From the IMG/VR virus record IMGVR_UViG_3300045988_124937, positions 1 to 54,788 of that record: 54,788 nucleotides of DNA, one strand, 5' to 3'. Of the stretch, positions 26,377-34,695 are shown piece after piece (position 1 is the first letter of the stretch; the number at the start of each line of letters is the position of its first letter). This DNA comes from a virus. The position numbers and the translations under genes are program-made. The notes under the pieces are model-generated. The model saw only the letters and a list, made by a program, of their open reading frames with translations, made no database searches and was not told the DNA's origin.

Positions 26377-26762
26377 GAGTTCTCCTTTCGTTGGGTGTCA
26401 CGCCAGGCTTCAAGCTTTCGCTCGGCGTGTCGTAGTTCTCGGACGCGCCCTGCCCACTCGTCGCAGATGAGGGCGGCGATGAGGTGGTACACGACCTCGG
26501 ACTGTAGCTTGTGGTGGAACTGGTCGGCGTGCCGCTCGACCATGTACATTGCCGCGAAGAGCCACATGCTACGGATCTGGTCCATCTCGTGCGCACCCGC
26601 CGGGAGGGAGGTGAGCTTGTCGATGCGCCAGAGGGCACTGTCCCAGCTCTTGTCGGTCGAGTCTGGGCGCAGGTTCCATACCCTGTGCAGGGTCTTCCTC
26701 CAGGTGAGAGGCATCTGGGCGGCGATGCGCTCGCGTTGTTCGTCGGTGTAGAGGTTCATCAT
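26373..26762 (-). CDS. Hypothetical protein, same paralog family (member 2)
   Basis: MMNLYTDEQRERIAAQMPLTWRKTLHRVWNLRPDSTD. The start sits in an ATGATGA overlap with the upstream stop. Confidence 0.75.
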   Translation of the reverse strand: MMNLYTDEQRERIAAQMPLTWRKTLHRVWNLRPDSTDKSWDSALWRIDKLTSLPAGAHEMDQIRSMWLFAAMYMVERHADQFHHKLQSEVVYHLIAALICDEWAGRVRELRHAERKLEAWRDTQRKENS

Positions 26763-27139
26763 CGGGTTACCCTTCGTATGTTGGTCCAGAGGCAGAGGGC
26801 TCGACACGCATCAGCTAGAGCCTCCAGGCGCTGCTTCTTGCAGGGTCTAGTAAGCGCCTGGATGAGGTCGTAGACAGCCTCTGCCTGCAATTGATGGGTG
26901 GGCGGTGTCTTGCGTGCTTCCATCACCGCCCACTCGAACAAGATACTCCGTGGCAGCGGCACTTCTTGCGTGTCCAATCTGTTGGAGATGAGCTTTTGCG
27001 CCTGGTTGTAGGCGGCGCGGAAGTCAGCGATGGGGGAGTTGCGGCGTAGGCGTAGCGCACTGTAGAAGGCTTCTGCCCAGCCGTCCGGTAAGGCGCGGAG
27101 GATGCGCTCGCGATTTTCGTTGGTGTAGAAGTCGGTCAT
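26759..27139 (-). CDS. Hypothetical protein, same paralog family (member 1)
   Basis: MTDFYTNENRERILRALPDGWAEAFYSALRLRRNSP. Confidence 0.75.
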   Translation of the reverse strand: MTDFYTNENRERILRALPDGWAEAFYSALRLRRNSPIADFRAAYNQAQKLISNRLDTQEVPLPRSILFEWAVMEARKTPPTHQLQAEAVYDLIQALTRPCKKQRLEALADACRALCLWTNIRRVTR

Positions 27140-27342
27140 TAGTTGTCCTGGCTCAAGGTGAAGAAGGACGGCAGGCCTACGATCGAGTCTGGGCCCGAGG
27201 AGGAGCTACGGCGTTTGCGTTTCGCGCGCTTTTCTTTCGCGCTCATTCCCTTCTTTCGCTTTTCTTCCTCGCGCTTTTCTTCCTCGCGCTTTTCTTCCTC
27301 GCGCTTGCTGTAGTCATCTTCGCGGTAGATGTAATGGTACAT
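27139..27342 (-). CDS. Small highly charged protein with (KREEE)3 repeat
   Basis: Start at aaggagaactaaccATG (MYHYIYREDDYSKREEEKREEEKREEEKRKK...). Confidence 0.6.
   Translation of the reverse strand: MYHYIYREDDYSKREEEKREEEKREEEKRKKGMSAKEKRAKRKRRSSSSGPDSIVGLPSFFTLSQDN
27258..27302. repeat. 3 x 15-bp tandem repeat (gcttttcttcctcgc)
   Basis: Read directly. Encodes the KREEE repeats on the minus strand. Confidence 0.9.
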
Positions 27343-27344
27343 GG

Positions 27345-27581
27345 TTAGTTCTCCTTCTTGTTCGGTCGGGGTACCCACGCCAGCAGGGAGCGTAGCGGAG
27401 GGTACTTGCGTCGGTCAGTTGCATGGCGCAAGTAGGTGTATCGGAGGGTGCGCACTGGCGGCATCTTCGGTACGGGGTAGGTGGCAACGCTCGGTGCGTC
27501 GTAGAGCCAGGCGTCGTCGGCGTTGAGCTCGCGGATGCGGGCATCGTGTTCGGATAGGGTGGTCATGTGGTTTCCATTCAT
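27345..27581 (-). CDS. Hypothetical protein (78 aa)
   Basis: ATGA overlap with the upstream stop. An alternative start exists at 27566. Confidence 0.6.
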   Translation of the reverse strand: MNGNHMTTLSEHDARIRELNADDAWLYDAPSVATYPVPKMPPVRTLRYTYLRHATDRRKYPPLRSLLAWVPRPNKKEN

Positions 27582-28525
27582 TCGTCTTGGTCGTCGGGTT
27601 TTGTGCTTTCGGCAAGGCCTAAGAGAGCGACGAAGACAAGGACCCAGCCGGGGATTATAACCCAGGGGCTGCCGGGGCCTAGGGTGCAGACGAGGTAGAG
27701 CACCGCCCCCACGAGAAGCAGCTCAGCCAACATAAGCACCAAGTCCCAGGGGATGCGGCGCTTAGGTTTAGGCTCCTGTACCTTCTTGGGCTTGGGCTTG
27801 GGCTCCCGTACCTTCTTGGGAGTAGGAGGTGGCGTAGGCTTCTTACGCTTCCTCTTCCTCTTCGGGTCTGCGCGCCCGATAGCTTCGATCAGTGCGGAGT
27901 AGTCACCCCATACCAGCGTAGGTTCTTTCTCGGTCTTCGGCTCGGTCTTCGGCGCAGGTTCCTTGTAGCGGGTGCTCTCGACGTGCGCCTTGACGCGGGG
28001 GAAGTTTATACCGGGGAGCGCGCCCCTACCGGGGCGCTTCTTAGTAGACGGTTCTGGGGAGGGTGGCCTGGGCGCGGGGCGCGCTCCTACTTTGATGCCT
28101 TCCTCTTCGAGGAGTCGCTCGATTCGGTGGTACATCGCCTGGCTGTGGGGTAGTGGTTCCCATGTCCGTTGCGATATGAGATAGAGCACCCGTCCTAGAG
28201 CACCAGCTCCGACAAGGCTGTTTAGGTTAGTCAGCCTGCCGCCACGAACCTCCACACTCTCGATACCCTGGAAGGCGAGCGAAGGGGATAGGTCGGACTC
28301 GAAGCAGGCGAGATCTCCGCGCGTGTCGTAGAGGGTGAAGTCCCACCCTCTCCATTTGGCACTCACCCCTTCTCCTGTGGTCCAATCGCTGAAGTGGGGG
28401 ACGTGTCGTTTCGGGAGCTTACCCTGCTGGGCCGCGTCTCTCGCCCAGATGAGGATCCGCAGGAACCGGGCGGCGATTTCTTTTTCGTCCTTGGTGATGA
28501 TGTTGTACTCGGGTGGCACGGGCAT
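27578..28525 (-). CDS. Hypothetical protein with Lys/Pro-rich linker and C-terminal TM anchor
   Basis: KRKRKRKKPTPPPTPKKVREPKPKPKKVQEPKPKRR followed by LVLMLAELLLVGAVLYLVCTL and WVIIPGWVLVFVALLGL. Confidence 0.75.
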   Translation of the reverse strand: MPVPPEYNIITKDEKEIAARFLRILIWARDAAQQGKLPKRHVPHFSDWTTGEGVSAKWRGWDFTLYDTRGDLACFESDLSPSLAFQGIESVEVRGGRLTNLNSLVGAGALGRVLYLISQRTWEPLPHSQAMYHRIERLLEEEGIKVGARPAPRPPSPEPSTKKRPGRGALPGINFPRVKAHVESTRYKEPAPKTEPKTEKEPTLVWGDYSALIEAIGRADPKRKRKRKKPTPPPTPKKVREPKPKPKKVQEPKPKRRIPWDLVLMLAELLLVGAVLYLVCTLGPGSPWVIIPGWVLVFVALLGLAESTKPDDQDE

Positions 28526-28528
28526 CGC

Positions 28529-29320
28529 TTACTCACTCCGTCCCATGATTTGTCGTGCCTGCTCTTCGAGCATGAGCGAGTCGAGTTCTGCTTCTTCTGA
28601 CCAGCTACCCCCGAGCAGTCGTTCGGTGGCGACTTCGTTGCGGCCCTTTGCGTCAGCTAGGAGTTTGGTTTCCTGGCGCAGGGAGCTGGAGCCGGTGAGC
28701 TTCGCTCGGGCGCCCTGTACAGACTCAACGAGTTCGGCGGTCTTGGTGAGCAGGGTGTTGTTCTGCTCGACGGTCAGCAGTACGCCGAGGCTGGTTTCCT
28801 GGGAGGTGAGGACCTGTTCGATTTGGTTGAGTAGGTCTTTCTGCTGCCCGAGGTTTTCGTCGAGGATACCGGCGGCGGTGTTGGCGGCGTTCATGTTCAG
28901 GACTTTCTGGTGGACTTCCGGGTCGCTTGCCGAGCCGCTCCACCCCCTAATTTCCGCATCGAGTCGGGAGGCGGTGGCGCGGTGTAGGTTGAGGTCTCGT
29001 TCGAGGCGGATGCACCCCTCAACAGCCTGGCCGTGTTCGATGCGCAGGTTGGCGATTTCTGCCTGGAGTTTGGTAATGTCGGGGTTCTCGGTTGCCATGA
29101 AGAGGTCAGCTCCTGTAAGTCGTCGGTAGAAGTGGGTGGTTGGTGTGTCCGGGGAGAACGCCACGAGCGCTTTGTAGCAGGATTCCTGGATTCGGGCGGC
29201 TCCGGGTAGTGAACCGTCCCCGGTGAGTACCTGGTGCAGTGTCTTATCCCCGGTGGTAAGCCAGGTTCGGCGCAAGTCAGAGAGGGCGAAGAGCCAGTCG
29301 GCGTTGTCGGGGATGTCCAT
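28529..29320 (-). CDS. Hypothetical coiled-coil protein (263 aa)
   Basis: RBS ctagaaaggacacgacATG. Heptad-rich central region. Confidence 0.75.
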   Translation of the reverse strand: MDIPDNADWLFALSDLRRTWLTTGDKTLHQVLTGDGSLPGAARIQESCYKALVAFSPDTPTTHFYRRLTGADLFMATENPDITKLQAEIANLRIEHGQAVEGCIRLERDLNLHRATASRLDAEIRGWSGSASDPEVHQKVLNMNAANTAAGILDENLGQQKDLLNQIEQVLTSQETSLGVLLTVEQNNTLLTKTAELVESVQGARAKLTGSSSLRQETKLLADAKGRNEVATERLLGGSWSEEAELDSLMLEEQARQIMGRSE

Positions 29321-29332
29321 GTCGTGTCCTTT

Positions 29333-29437
29333 CTAGAAACCGTAGATGTTCAGTGGCGTGACCGCCAGTAGTAGCGCCAGTACCAGCGCCCCGTTGAGCA
29401 GGAGCAGGTGGGCTTCATCGGTGAGTGCGCTAAGCAT
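29333..29437 (-). CDS. Possible small membrane protein (34 aa; below the ORF-track cutoff)
   Basis: My translation: MLSALTDEAHLLLLNGALVLALLLAVTPLNIYGF. GGGAGG lies 13 nt upstream. Confidence 0.35.
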   Translation of the reverse strand: MLSALTDEAHLLLLNGALVLALLLAVTPLNIYGF

Positions 29438-29458
29438 CACAGGTCAGTGACCTCCCGG

Positions 29459-29860
29459 CTAGGGGTTCACGAGACGGGCGATGATGTACGGTTCCCCGTC
29501 CATCTTGAAGACTTCGATTACCTCGCGTCCGTATTCATCGCGCCAGCCTACGGTCTTGGCGAACATGGAGGCGGGGAAACGCAGGCCATTTGGGAAGTCG
29601 ATGAACTTGACGGGGCGCTTGTGTACGTCCGGGATGGTGACGGGGGTGCCTCGGTAGATGCGGTATGCGATAGCGCTGCGGCAACCTCGGTAGCAGAAAC
29701 TTTCACCGGGGTGTTCCTTCGCAAACATTTTGAGGAAGTTGCGGACGGAGAGGCGTTCCCCTGCGGCGCGCAGTTTCTCTTCGATAGGGGAGTATTTGTA
29801 GATTGGTTCATCGAAGTCTGCCCAGCAGTGGACAGTTTCATCTAGGGGATTTTGGGTCAT
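29459..29860 (-). CDS. Truncated member (6 of 6) of the TLRN / KY.IAE paralog family
   Basis: ERLSVRNFLKMFAKEHP and EVIEVFKMDGEPYIIARLVNP align with the five upstream paralogs. It lacks their N-terminal DPNDPLNEV segment. Confidence 0.75.
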   Translation of the reverse strand: MTQNPLDETVHCWADFDEPIYKYSPIEEKLRAAGERLSVRNFLKMFAKEHPGESFCYRGCRSAIAYRIYRGTPVTIPDVHKRPVKFIDFPNGLRFPASMFAKTVGWRDEYGREVIEVFKMDGEPYIIARLVNP

Positions 29861-30213
29861 TGTTCAGTGTCCTTTCGGTCATTGTTGAAGGGTTCAGGGA
29901 GGGTCAGCCCGCCACAGGCTTCAACGTACTTACCGACGAGCCATCGCACGGTGTGGGCGGTGATGACTCCAGCTCCCCGGAGGTGGTCTACGTGGAGCTT
30001 CTTCTCAGGGTCGAACCACAGCTTCATGGAGATTCGTCCAGCGCGGGAGTTGCTGATCTTGATTCCGTTGAGGCTTGCGGCGCAGACGTTACCGGACTTG
30101 TAGTAGTCCATGCTGAGGCCGATGGCTTCCTTCCAGTTCTGGATGTAGAAGCGGTGCTCTCCGGTCTTGGGGTGTACCCAGTGGTTTAGTTCCAGCTTCT
30201 TCTCTTCGCTCAT
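29857..30213 (-). CDS. Hypothetical protein (118 aa)
   Basis: RBS gaaaggacccctactgATG. Confidence 0.75.
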   Translation of the reverse strand: MSEEKKLELNHWVHPKTGEHRFYIQNWKEAIGLSMDYYKSGNVCAASLNGIKISNSRAGRISMKLWFDPEKKLHVDHLRGAGVITAHTVRWLVGKYVEACGGLTLPEPFNNDRKDTEQ

Positions 30214-30235
30214 CAGTAGGGGTCCTTTCGGTTAG

Positions 30236-30274
30236 CACCCCCGGCACCAGCACGGGTACCAGTGCCGGGGGTGT
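30236..30274 (-). other. 12-bp hairpin CACCCCCGGCAC / GTGCCGGGGGTG (15-nt loop)
   Basis: Perfect inverted repeat in the 30214-30287 gap. The stem sequence is shared with the 14962 hairpin and module D. Confidence 0.55.
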
Positions 30275-30287
30275 GGGGATGGGGTGG

Positions 30288-30800
30288 CTAGGTGTTGTCC
30301 ACCTCAGCGATGACGTACTTCTTGTCGTTCAGCTCGAAGACGTCCAGCACCTTGTATGCGTTACCAACACGCCAGCCCGCGGTCAGATCCTCGATAGACA
30401 CCGGCAAGCTGATGTCGTGCCCCGAAGCCCAGAGCTGGGAGCGGCCGTCGGGGGTGGTGACATACCTGTTGAAGACACGGACGATGCGGTAGTACTTGCG
30501 GGTTGAGCGCGAGCGCACGGTGTACCAGCTGTCCGGGTCGGGCGTCATCATGTACGTCTTGAGCAGGTTTCGGAGGGTGTGGGGCTCCCCCGAGTCCTCA
30601 AGGAGGGTGCGTACCAGAGAGTCGGTTACGGCGGAGGAGTCCGTCGCTACCTGCCCGGGCTCCACAATCTCGTTCAGCGGGTCGTTAGGGTCAAGCTCCG
30701 GCTTACTCTCGCTGCCACGGATAGCTTCGACGTGCTGGGCGAGTTCGGTCAGAGCGCGGGTGATGTCTTCCAGGCTCATGGTCTGGTTGTTCTCAGTCAT
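30288..30800 (-). CDS. Paralog family member 5 (170 aa)
   Basis: Motifs ELDPNDPLNEIV, GEPHTLRNLLKTY, WYTVRSRSTRKYYRI, LTAGWRVG, KVLDVFELNDKKYVIAE. Confidence 0.8.
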   Translation of the reverse strand: MTENNQTMSLEDITRALTELAQHVEAIRGSESKPELDPNDPLNEIVEPGQVATDSSAVTDSLVRTLLEDSGEPHTLRNLLKTYMMTPDPDSWYTVRSRSTRKYYRIVRVFNRYVTTPDGRSQLWASGHDISLPVSIEDLTAGWRVGNAYKVLDVFELNDKKYVIAEVDNT

Positions 30801-30823
30801 TGGTTAATTCCTTTCTTAGGGGG

Positions 30824-31339
30824 TTAGCGGTTGAGAAGCTCCGCGATGAGGTACTTATCCTCTCCCAGCTCAAAGGTGTCCAGTACCCTTGCCACGCGGG
30901 GGATAGCCCAACCGGCCGTCACCGTCTCCGGGGATACCGGGAGGTAGAAGTCGTGAGTGCGGGTGACGCCAAGCGTGGTACCGTAAGGGTCGGTGGGCTG
31001 GTTGCGAAGCTCCGCCAAGTAGACGCGGTAACGCTTGCTGGTTGCTCGGGAGCGGACGGTGTACCACTTATCCGGGTCGTTCGTCTGCATGATCGCCTTG
31101 CAGAAGTTGCGGAGTGTGCGGGGCTCACCGGACTCTTCGAGGATTCGGTTTGCGGCGTTGTCGGTGTCCGTGGATGCGTCCGTAGCAGTCCAGGTGTTGC
31201 CCACCAGAACCTCGTTCAGCGGGTCGTTCGGGTCGAGCTCCGGCGCAGTCTCGGTGCCACCACGGATAGCTTCGACCTTCTGGGTCAGCTCGGTCAGGGC
31301 GGCGACGATAGCCGCCAGGTCGTTGTTGTTGGTAGTCAT
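30824..31339 (-). CDS. Paralog family member 4 (171 aa)
   Basis: ELDPNDPLNEVL, GEPRTLRNFCKAI, WYTVRSRATSKRYRV, VTAGWAIP, RVLDTFELGEDKYLIAE. Confidence 0.8.
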   Translation of the reverse strand: MTTNNNDLAAIVAALTELTQKVEAIRGGTETAPELDPNDPLNEVLVGNTWTATDASTDTDNAANRILEESGEPRTLRNFCKAIMQTNDPDKWYTVRSRATSKRYRVYLAELRNQPTDPYGTTLGVTRTHDFYLPVSPETVTAGWAIPRVARVLDTFELGEDKYLIAELLNR

Positions 31340-31361
31340 TGGTTAGTTCCTTTCTTAGGGG

Positions 31362-31892
31362 TTACTTTTTGTCTGCGGAGGCGATGATGTACGTGTTGCC
31401 ATCGGCCTCGTAGGTTTCGAGAATCTTGTGCTCCCACCCATCTTCGCGGAAAATCCACCCGACAAGCTCCGAGACTCGCTTGTTCTGAGGGATGGGGAAG
31501 GCGGTGGTGTATCGCAGGGGGCTGAAAGTATTACCAGCGGGGGCTTCCGTGCGGCACTCAATGACGCGGAAGATACCGTACAACTTGCCGTCGTCATAAC
31601 TACGGTAGGAGAACCAATTCTCTGCGGGGTGCAGGCTCGCATACGCCATGAGGACGTTGCGGAGGGTTTCCGGCTTACCCTTCTCAGCGAGGTAGCTGTC
31701 TACGCGAAGGCGCTTGATTGCGGAAACGGGGGTGAAAAGCCCACGGGGGTTACCCACGACCTTGTTCAGAGGGTCGGTCGGGCCAGGCTCCGGCGCGTTC
31801 TCGCGATTGCTACCACGGGTAGCTTCAATCATCTTGAGCACCTCTGCAAGAGCTTCGAGCAGGGATACCAGGTTAGGGTTGTTCTCGGTCAT
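31362..31892 (-). CDS. Paralog family member 3 (176 aa)
   Basis: PGPTDPLNKVV, GKPETLRNVLMAY, WFSYRSYDDGKLYGI, LVGWIF, KILETYEADGNTYIIAS. Confidence 0.8.
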   Translation of the reverse strand: MTENNPNLVSLLEALAEVLKMIEATRGSNRENAPEPGPTDPLNKVVGNPRGLFTPVSAIKRLRVDSYLAEKGKPETLRNVLMAYASLHPAENWFSYRSYDDGKLYGIFRVIECRTEAPAGNTFSPLRYTTAFPIPQNKRVSELVGWIFREDGWEHKILETYEADGNTYIIASADKK

Positions 31893-31916
31893 TGGTTAGT
31901 TCCTTTCGGTAGGGGG

Positions 31917-32420
31917 TTAGGAGAGTTCAACGATGATGTACTTGTAGTGGCTGTCTTCAAAGGTGTCAATCACCTTGCTCCACTTGGCGAACGTCCAGCC
32001 AACCAGCGAGGGCAGGACGGTGAAGTGGGGAAGGGGGAAGTCCTTAGTACGATACACCGGGTCGTGCTCGCGCCCATCAGGTGACTTGACCTGGCACGCT
32101 TCAAGGCGGTGAACACGGTAGGAGGCCTCAGTGGTGGGAGAGTCGATGGTGTAGTACTCATAACTGACGAAGGAGTCGTTGCTGTTGGTGATGTACGCCT
32201 TGAGGATGTTGCGGAGGGTGCGGGGAGCACCCCATCTCTGCAAGGTGTCGAAGGCGTCCCGCTCCTCGTACTTGTTCGGATCTCGCACTGTCCACCCATC
32301 CGACACCACCTCATTCAGCGGGTCGTTAGGGTCGAGCGTGCTACCACGGAGGTCCTCGAGCTGCTGGGATACCTCAACCAGGGTTGCGGCGAGGCTTTCC
32401 GGGTTAGGGTTGTCAGCCAT
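31917..32420 (-). CDS. Paralog family member 2 (167 aa)
   Basis: TLDPNDPLNEVV, GAPRTLRNILKAY, LVGWTF, KVIDTFEDSHYKYIIVE. Confidence 0.8.
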   Translation of the reverse strand: MADNPNPESLAATLVEVSQQLEDLRGSTLDPNDPLNEVVSDGWTVRDPNKYEERDAFDTLQRWGAPRTLRNILKAYITNSNDSFVSYEYYTIDSPTTEASYRVHRLEACQVKSPDGREHDPVYRTKDFPLPHFTVLPSLVGWTFAKWSKVIDTFEDSHYKYIIVELS

Positions 32421-32438
32421 TGTTCAGTTCCTTTCGGG

Positions 32439-32951
32439 TTAGTTCTTGGAGGTTTCCAGCATCTCGCAGATGAGGTACTGATCGTCGTTCATCTCGAAGG
32501 CTTCGAGCACCTGAGCAAAGTCCCCGATGCGCCAGCCCACCAGTCCACCCTCAACCAAGCGCGGGATGGAGAAGTCGCTGGTGGAGTACACGGTCACCGT
32601 CTTGCCCCCGGCGTGGGTGCAAAGCTGGCGAGAGGCTAGGTAGATGCGGTAGACCTTGCCGGTCTTCTCGGAGACCACGGAGAAGGAGCGGGATACGGTT
32701 TCCCTGCGCATGAGTTCCTTGAGAACGTTGCGGATGGTGCAGGGTCGCCCGACCTGTTCGAGGCGGCGGAAGGCATCCGCGCCGTGCTGGAAGAGGGTGT
32801 TCACGGAGGTGTGCTTCGTCAGCACTTCGTCCAGCGGGCCGTTGGCGGTAGGATTCGGTTCGGTATGCTCACCAGAGGTAATGCCGAGGTGGGCGGTGAT
32901 GGTGCGGAGAAGTCCCTCGATGTTTTCCAGGGTCTGCTTGTTGGTGGTCAT
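32439..32951 (-). CDS. Paralog family member 1 (170 aa)
   Basis: Start at cgaaaggaactaaccacaATG (MTTNKQTLENIEG). ANGPLDEVL, GRPCTIRNVLKEL, LVGWRIG, QVLEAFEMNDDQYLICE. Confidence 0.8.
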   Translation of the reverse strand: MTTNKQTLENIEGLLRTITAHLGITSGEHTEPNPTANGPLDEVLTKHTSVNTLFQHGADAFRRLEQVGRPCTIRNVLKELMRRETVSRSFSVVSEKTGKVYRIYLASRQLCTHAGGKTVTVYSTSDFSIPRLVEGGLVGWRIGDFAQVLEAFEMNDDQYLICEMLETSKN

Positions 32952-32956
32952 TGTGG

Positions 32957-33358
32957 TTAGTTCCTTTCGTTGGCGTAGACCAGAGTGGCGTAGTCCAGGC
33001 GGTCTATGTATGAGAGTAGGTGGGTGACGATGTTGTGGACGATAGCGCAGTGGAGCATGTCGCTGAGCGGCTTTCCGGGGCGGGCTGCCCCGTTGTCTCG
33101 CAACCACTTGTAGCCGGGGTCATGTGCGAGGCTTCGTGAGGCTTCGCCTGCGTAGAAGTGGCGGCGGGGCTGGGCTTCCTTAGCTCGCTCGTCTCGTGCG
33201 CCGGTGTTCACCATGTGGTCGAAGTGCTTCTCCCACACCCCAAGGTCGATGTACCGTTCCGGGTTGGTCTTGAGGTCAAACAAGCCTTTCAGGTAGGCGG
33301 AGCACCACGGGTAACGCTCGTGGTATGTGGCGCTGATGTCTTCGGGTACGAAGCTCAC
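32957..33358 (-). CDS. Hypothetical protein (133 aa)
   Basis: Compact ORF overlapping the upstream stop. Confidence 0.7.
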   Translation of the reverse strand: MSFVPEDISATYHERYPWCSAYLKGLFDLKTNPERYIDLGVWEKHFDHMVNTGARDERAKEAQPRRHFYAGEASRSLAHDPGYKWLRDNGAARPGKPLSDMLHCAIVHNIVTHLLSYIDRLDYATLVYANERN

Positions 33359-33732
33359 GAGTTATCCTCCTCGGGTAGGGGGTGTAGGGTGATGAGGTGT
33401 TCCCACTTCTTGCAACCGAGCATGTCGTTCTTCAAGACGTTGTAGGCGTACTCTCGGATGGAGTCGCAGGTAGGCTCGGGGCGTTCGGTTCGGTAGGCTT
33501 CCTGTTCGCCTACACGTTCCTTCCAGTACCACCACATGTCGTGCCAGTTCGTTTCCCCGCAGTCGGGGCAGGTGACCGCGACTGCGACATCTTCTGCCCA
33601 TAGCAGGGGTTCGTGGAGGTACCGCTGGGTGCCTTCGAGTTCAGAGATGATGTCCTCATAGGTGCCGTCGAAGGTCAGCGTTTCGTGGTGCTTGAGGGTG
33701 TTCACCGTCAAGCGGTATTTCTGTTCGGTCAT
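33355..33732 (-). CDS. Hypothetical protein with CxxC (possible Zn ribbon)
   Basis: VTCPDCGETNWH plus distal Cys residues. Confidence 0.7.
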   Translation of the reverse strand: MTEQKYRLTVNTLKHHETLTFDGTYEDIISELEGTQRYLHEPLLWAEDVAVAVTCPDCGETNWHDMWWYWKERVGEQEAYRTERPEPTCDSIREYAYNVLKNDMLGCKKWEHLITLHPLPEEDNS

Positions 33733-33796
33733 GATGTGTTCCTTATTGGTTGGTCTTGGTCAGTAGTGCGAGTAAGAATCCGAGGTAGCCCAATGT

Positions 33797-34141
33797 CTAC
33801 GCCTCCTCGCCGGGGTGGAGAAGAAACCCACCGAACAACGAACCTAGTAGCGTAATGCAGTGGATTATGGTTAGCAGACCCATGCCGTCCGACCACGAGG
33901 TGCCCCAACACCACCACCACCAGTTGCAGAGGAAGACCGCCCCAATGTCCAGCAGGAGCATTAGGAACACGGCTCCAGCGGCGGCGGCGCCGTAATCGTG
34001 AGCTTCCTCGTAGTCGGGAGCGCACCCAAGCACCCAGTACCCCCAAGCTCCGTTGATTACGGCGAGCATAGCCAGCACCACGAGCGGGTGGACGAGCCGG
34101 GCGGCAGACTCGAAGCTGAACGTGTTGAGCCAGTCAATCAT
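33797..34141 (-). CDS. Trp-rich integral membrane protein (114 aa)
   Basis: Three hydrophobic segments. CNWWWWCWGTSWSDG motif. Confidence 0.7.
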   Translation of the reverse strand: MIDWLNTFSFESAARLVHPLVVLAMLAVINGAWGYWVLGCAPDYEEAHDYGAAAAGAVFLMLLLDIGAVFLCNWWWWCWGTSWSDGMGLLTIIHCITLLGSLFGGFLLHPGEEA

Positions 34142-34143
34142 GG

Positions 34144-34674
34144 CTAACCCACCTCCTGAGCCACACGCTCGATGAGCACGAAGCTACCGAAGGGCAGGCG
34201 GGTCTTCACGGTGGCACCGCCTGCAATGGTTGCCTCGTCGCCGTCGCTCTCGACGTAGCGGGCGATGCGGTAGTGCCCACGGTACGGTAGGTCGGACAGT
34301 TCGCCGTCGAGGATCGTGTCGGGTCGTACCTCGCCGCGTACCTTGAGGTTGCCGAGGTTGCCTGCGGAGTTATCCAGGTGAAGCCACAGGGCGCGCTCAC
34401 CGGAGAGAAGGTCGAGTCCGTAGGGGGTGAGGGAGGCGAGGAACAGCTCGGGGGAGTCCGTGTCTTCGCCCAGCGCCAGCGGTAGGTTGGTGTCGGAGGT
34501 GCCGCGCACCTGTAGCATGGCGGTTAGAATCTCGTCGGCGGTGGCGTACAGGGGCTTAGCTCCCAGCGCCGCCTCGATAATCTCAGGTCGCCCGAAGGCG
34601 GCGAGGTAGGGGGAGTACGCCACGTCGGGGGTATCGTCGGTGAAGCGCAGGGCGTCGAAGGTCTTTACGGTCAT
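34144..34674 (-). CDS. Hypothetical protein (176 aa)
   Basis: Tightly packed ORF. Weak resemblance to the 34696 gene (LTP..., G.YR.A.Y, GS.VL.E). Confidence 0.75.
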   Translation of the reverse strand: MTVKTFDALRFTDDTPDVAYSPYLAAFGRPEIIEAALGAKPLYATADEILTAMLQVRGTSDTNLPLALGEDTDSPELFLASLTPYGLDLLSGERALWLHLDNSAGNLGNLKVRGEVRPDTILDGELSDLPYRGHYRIARYVESDGDEATIAGGATVKTRLPFGSFVLIERVAQEVG

Positions 34675-34695
34675 TGGGTGTGTTCCTTCCGGGGG

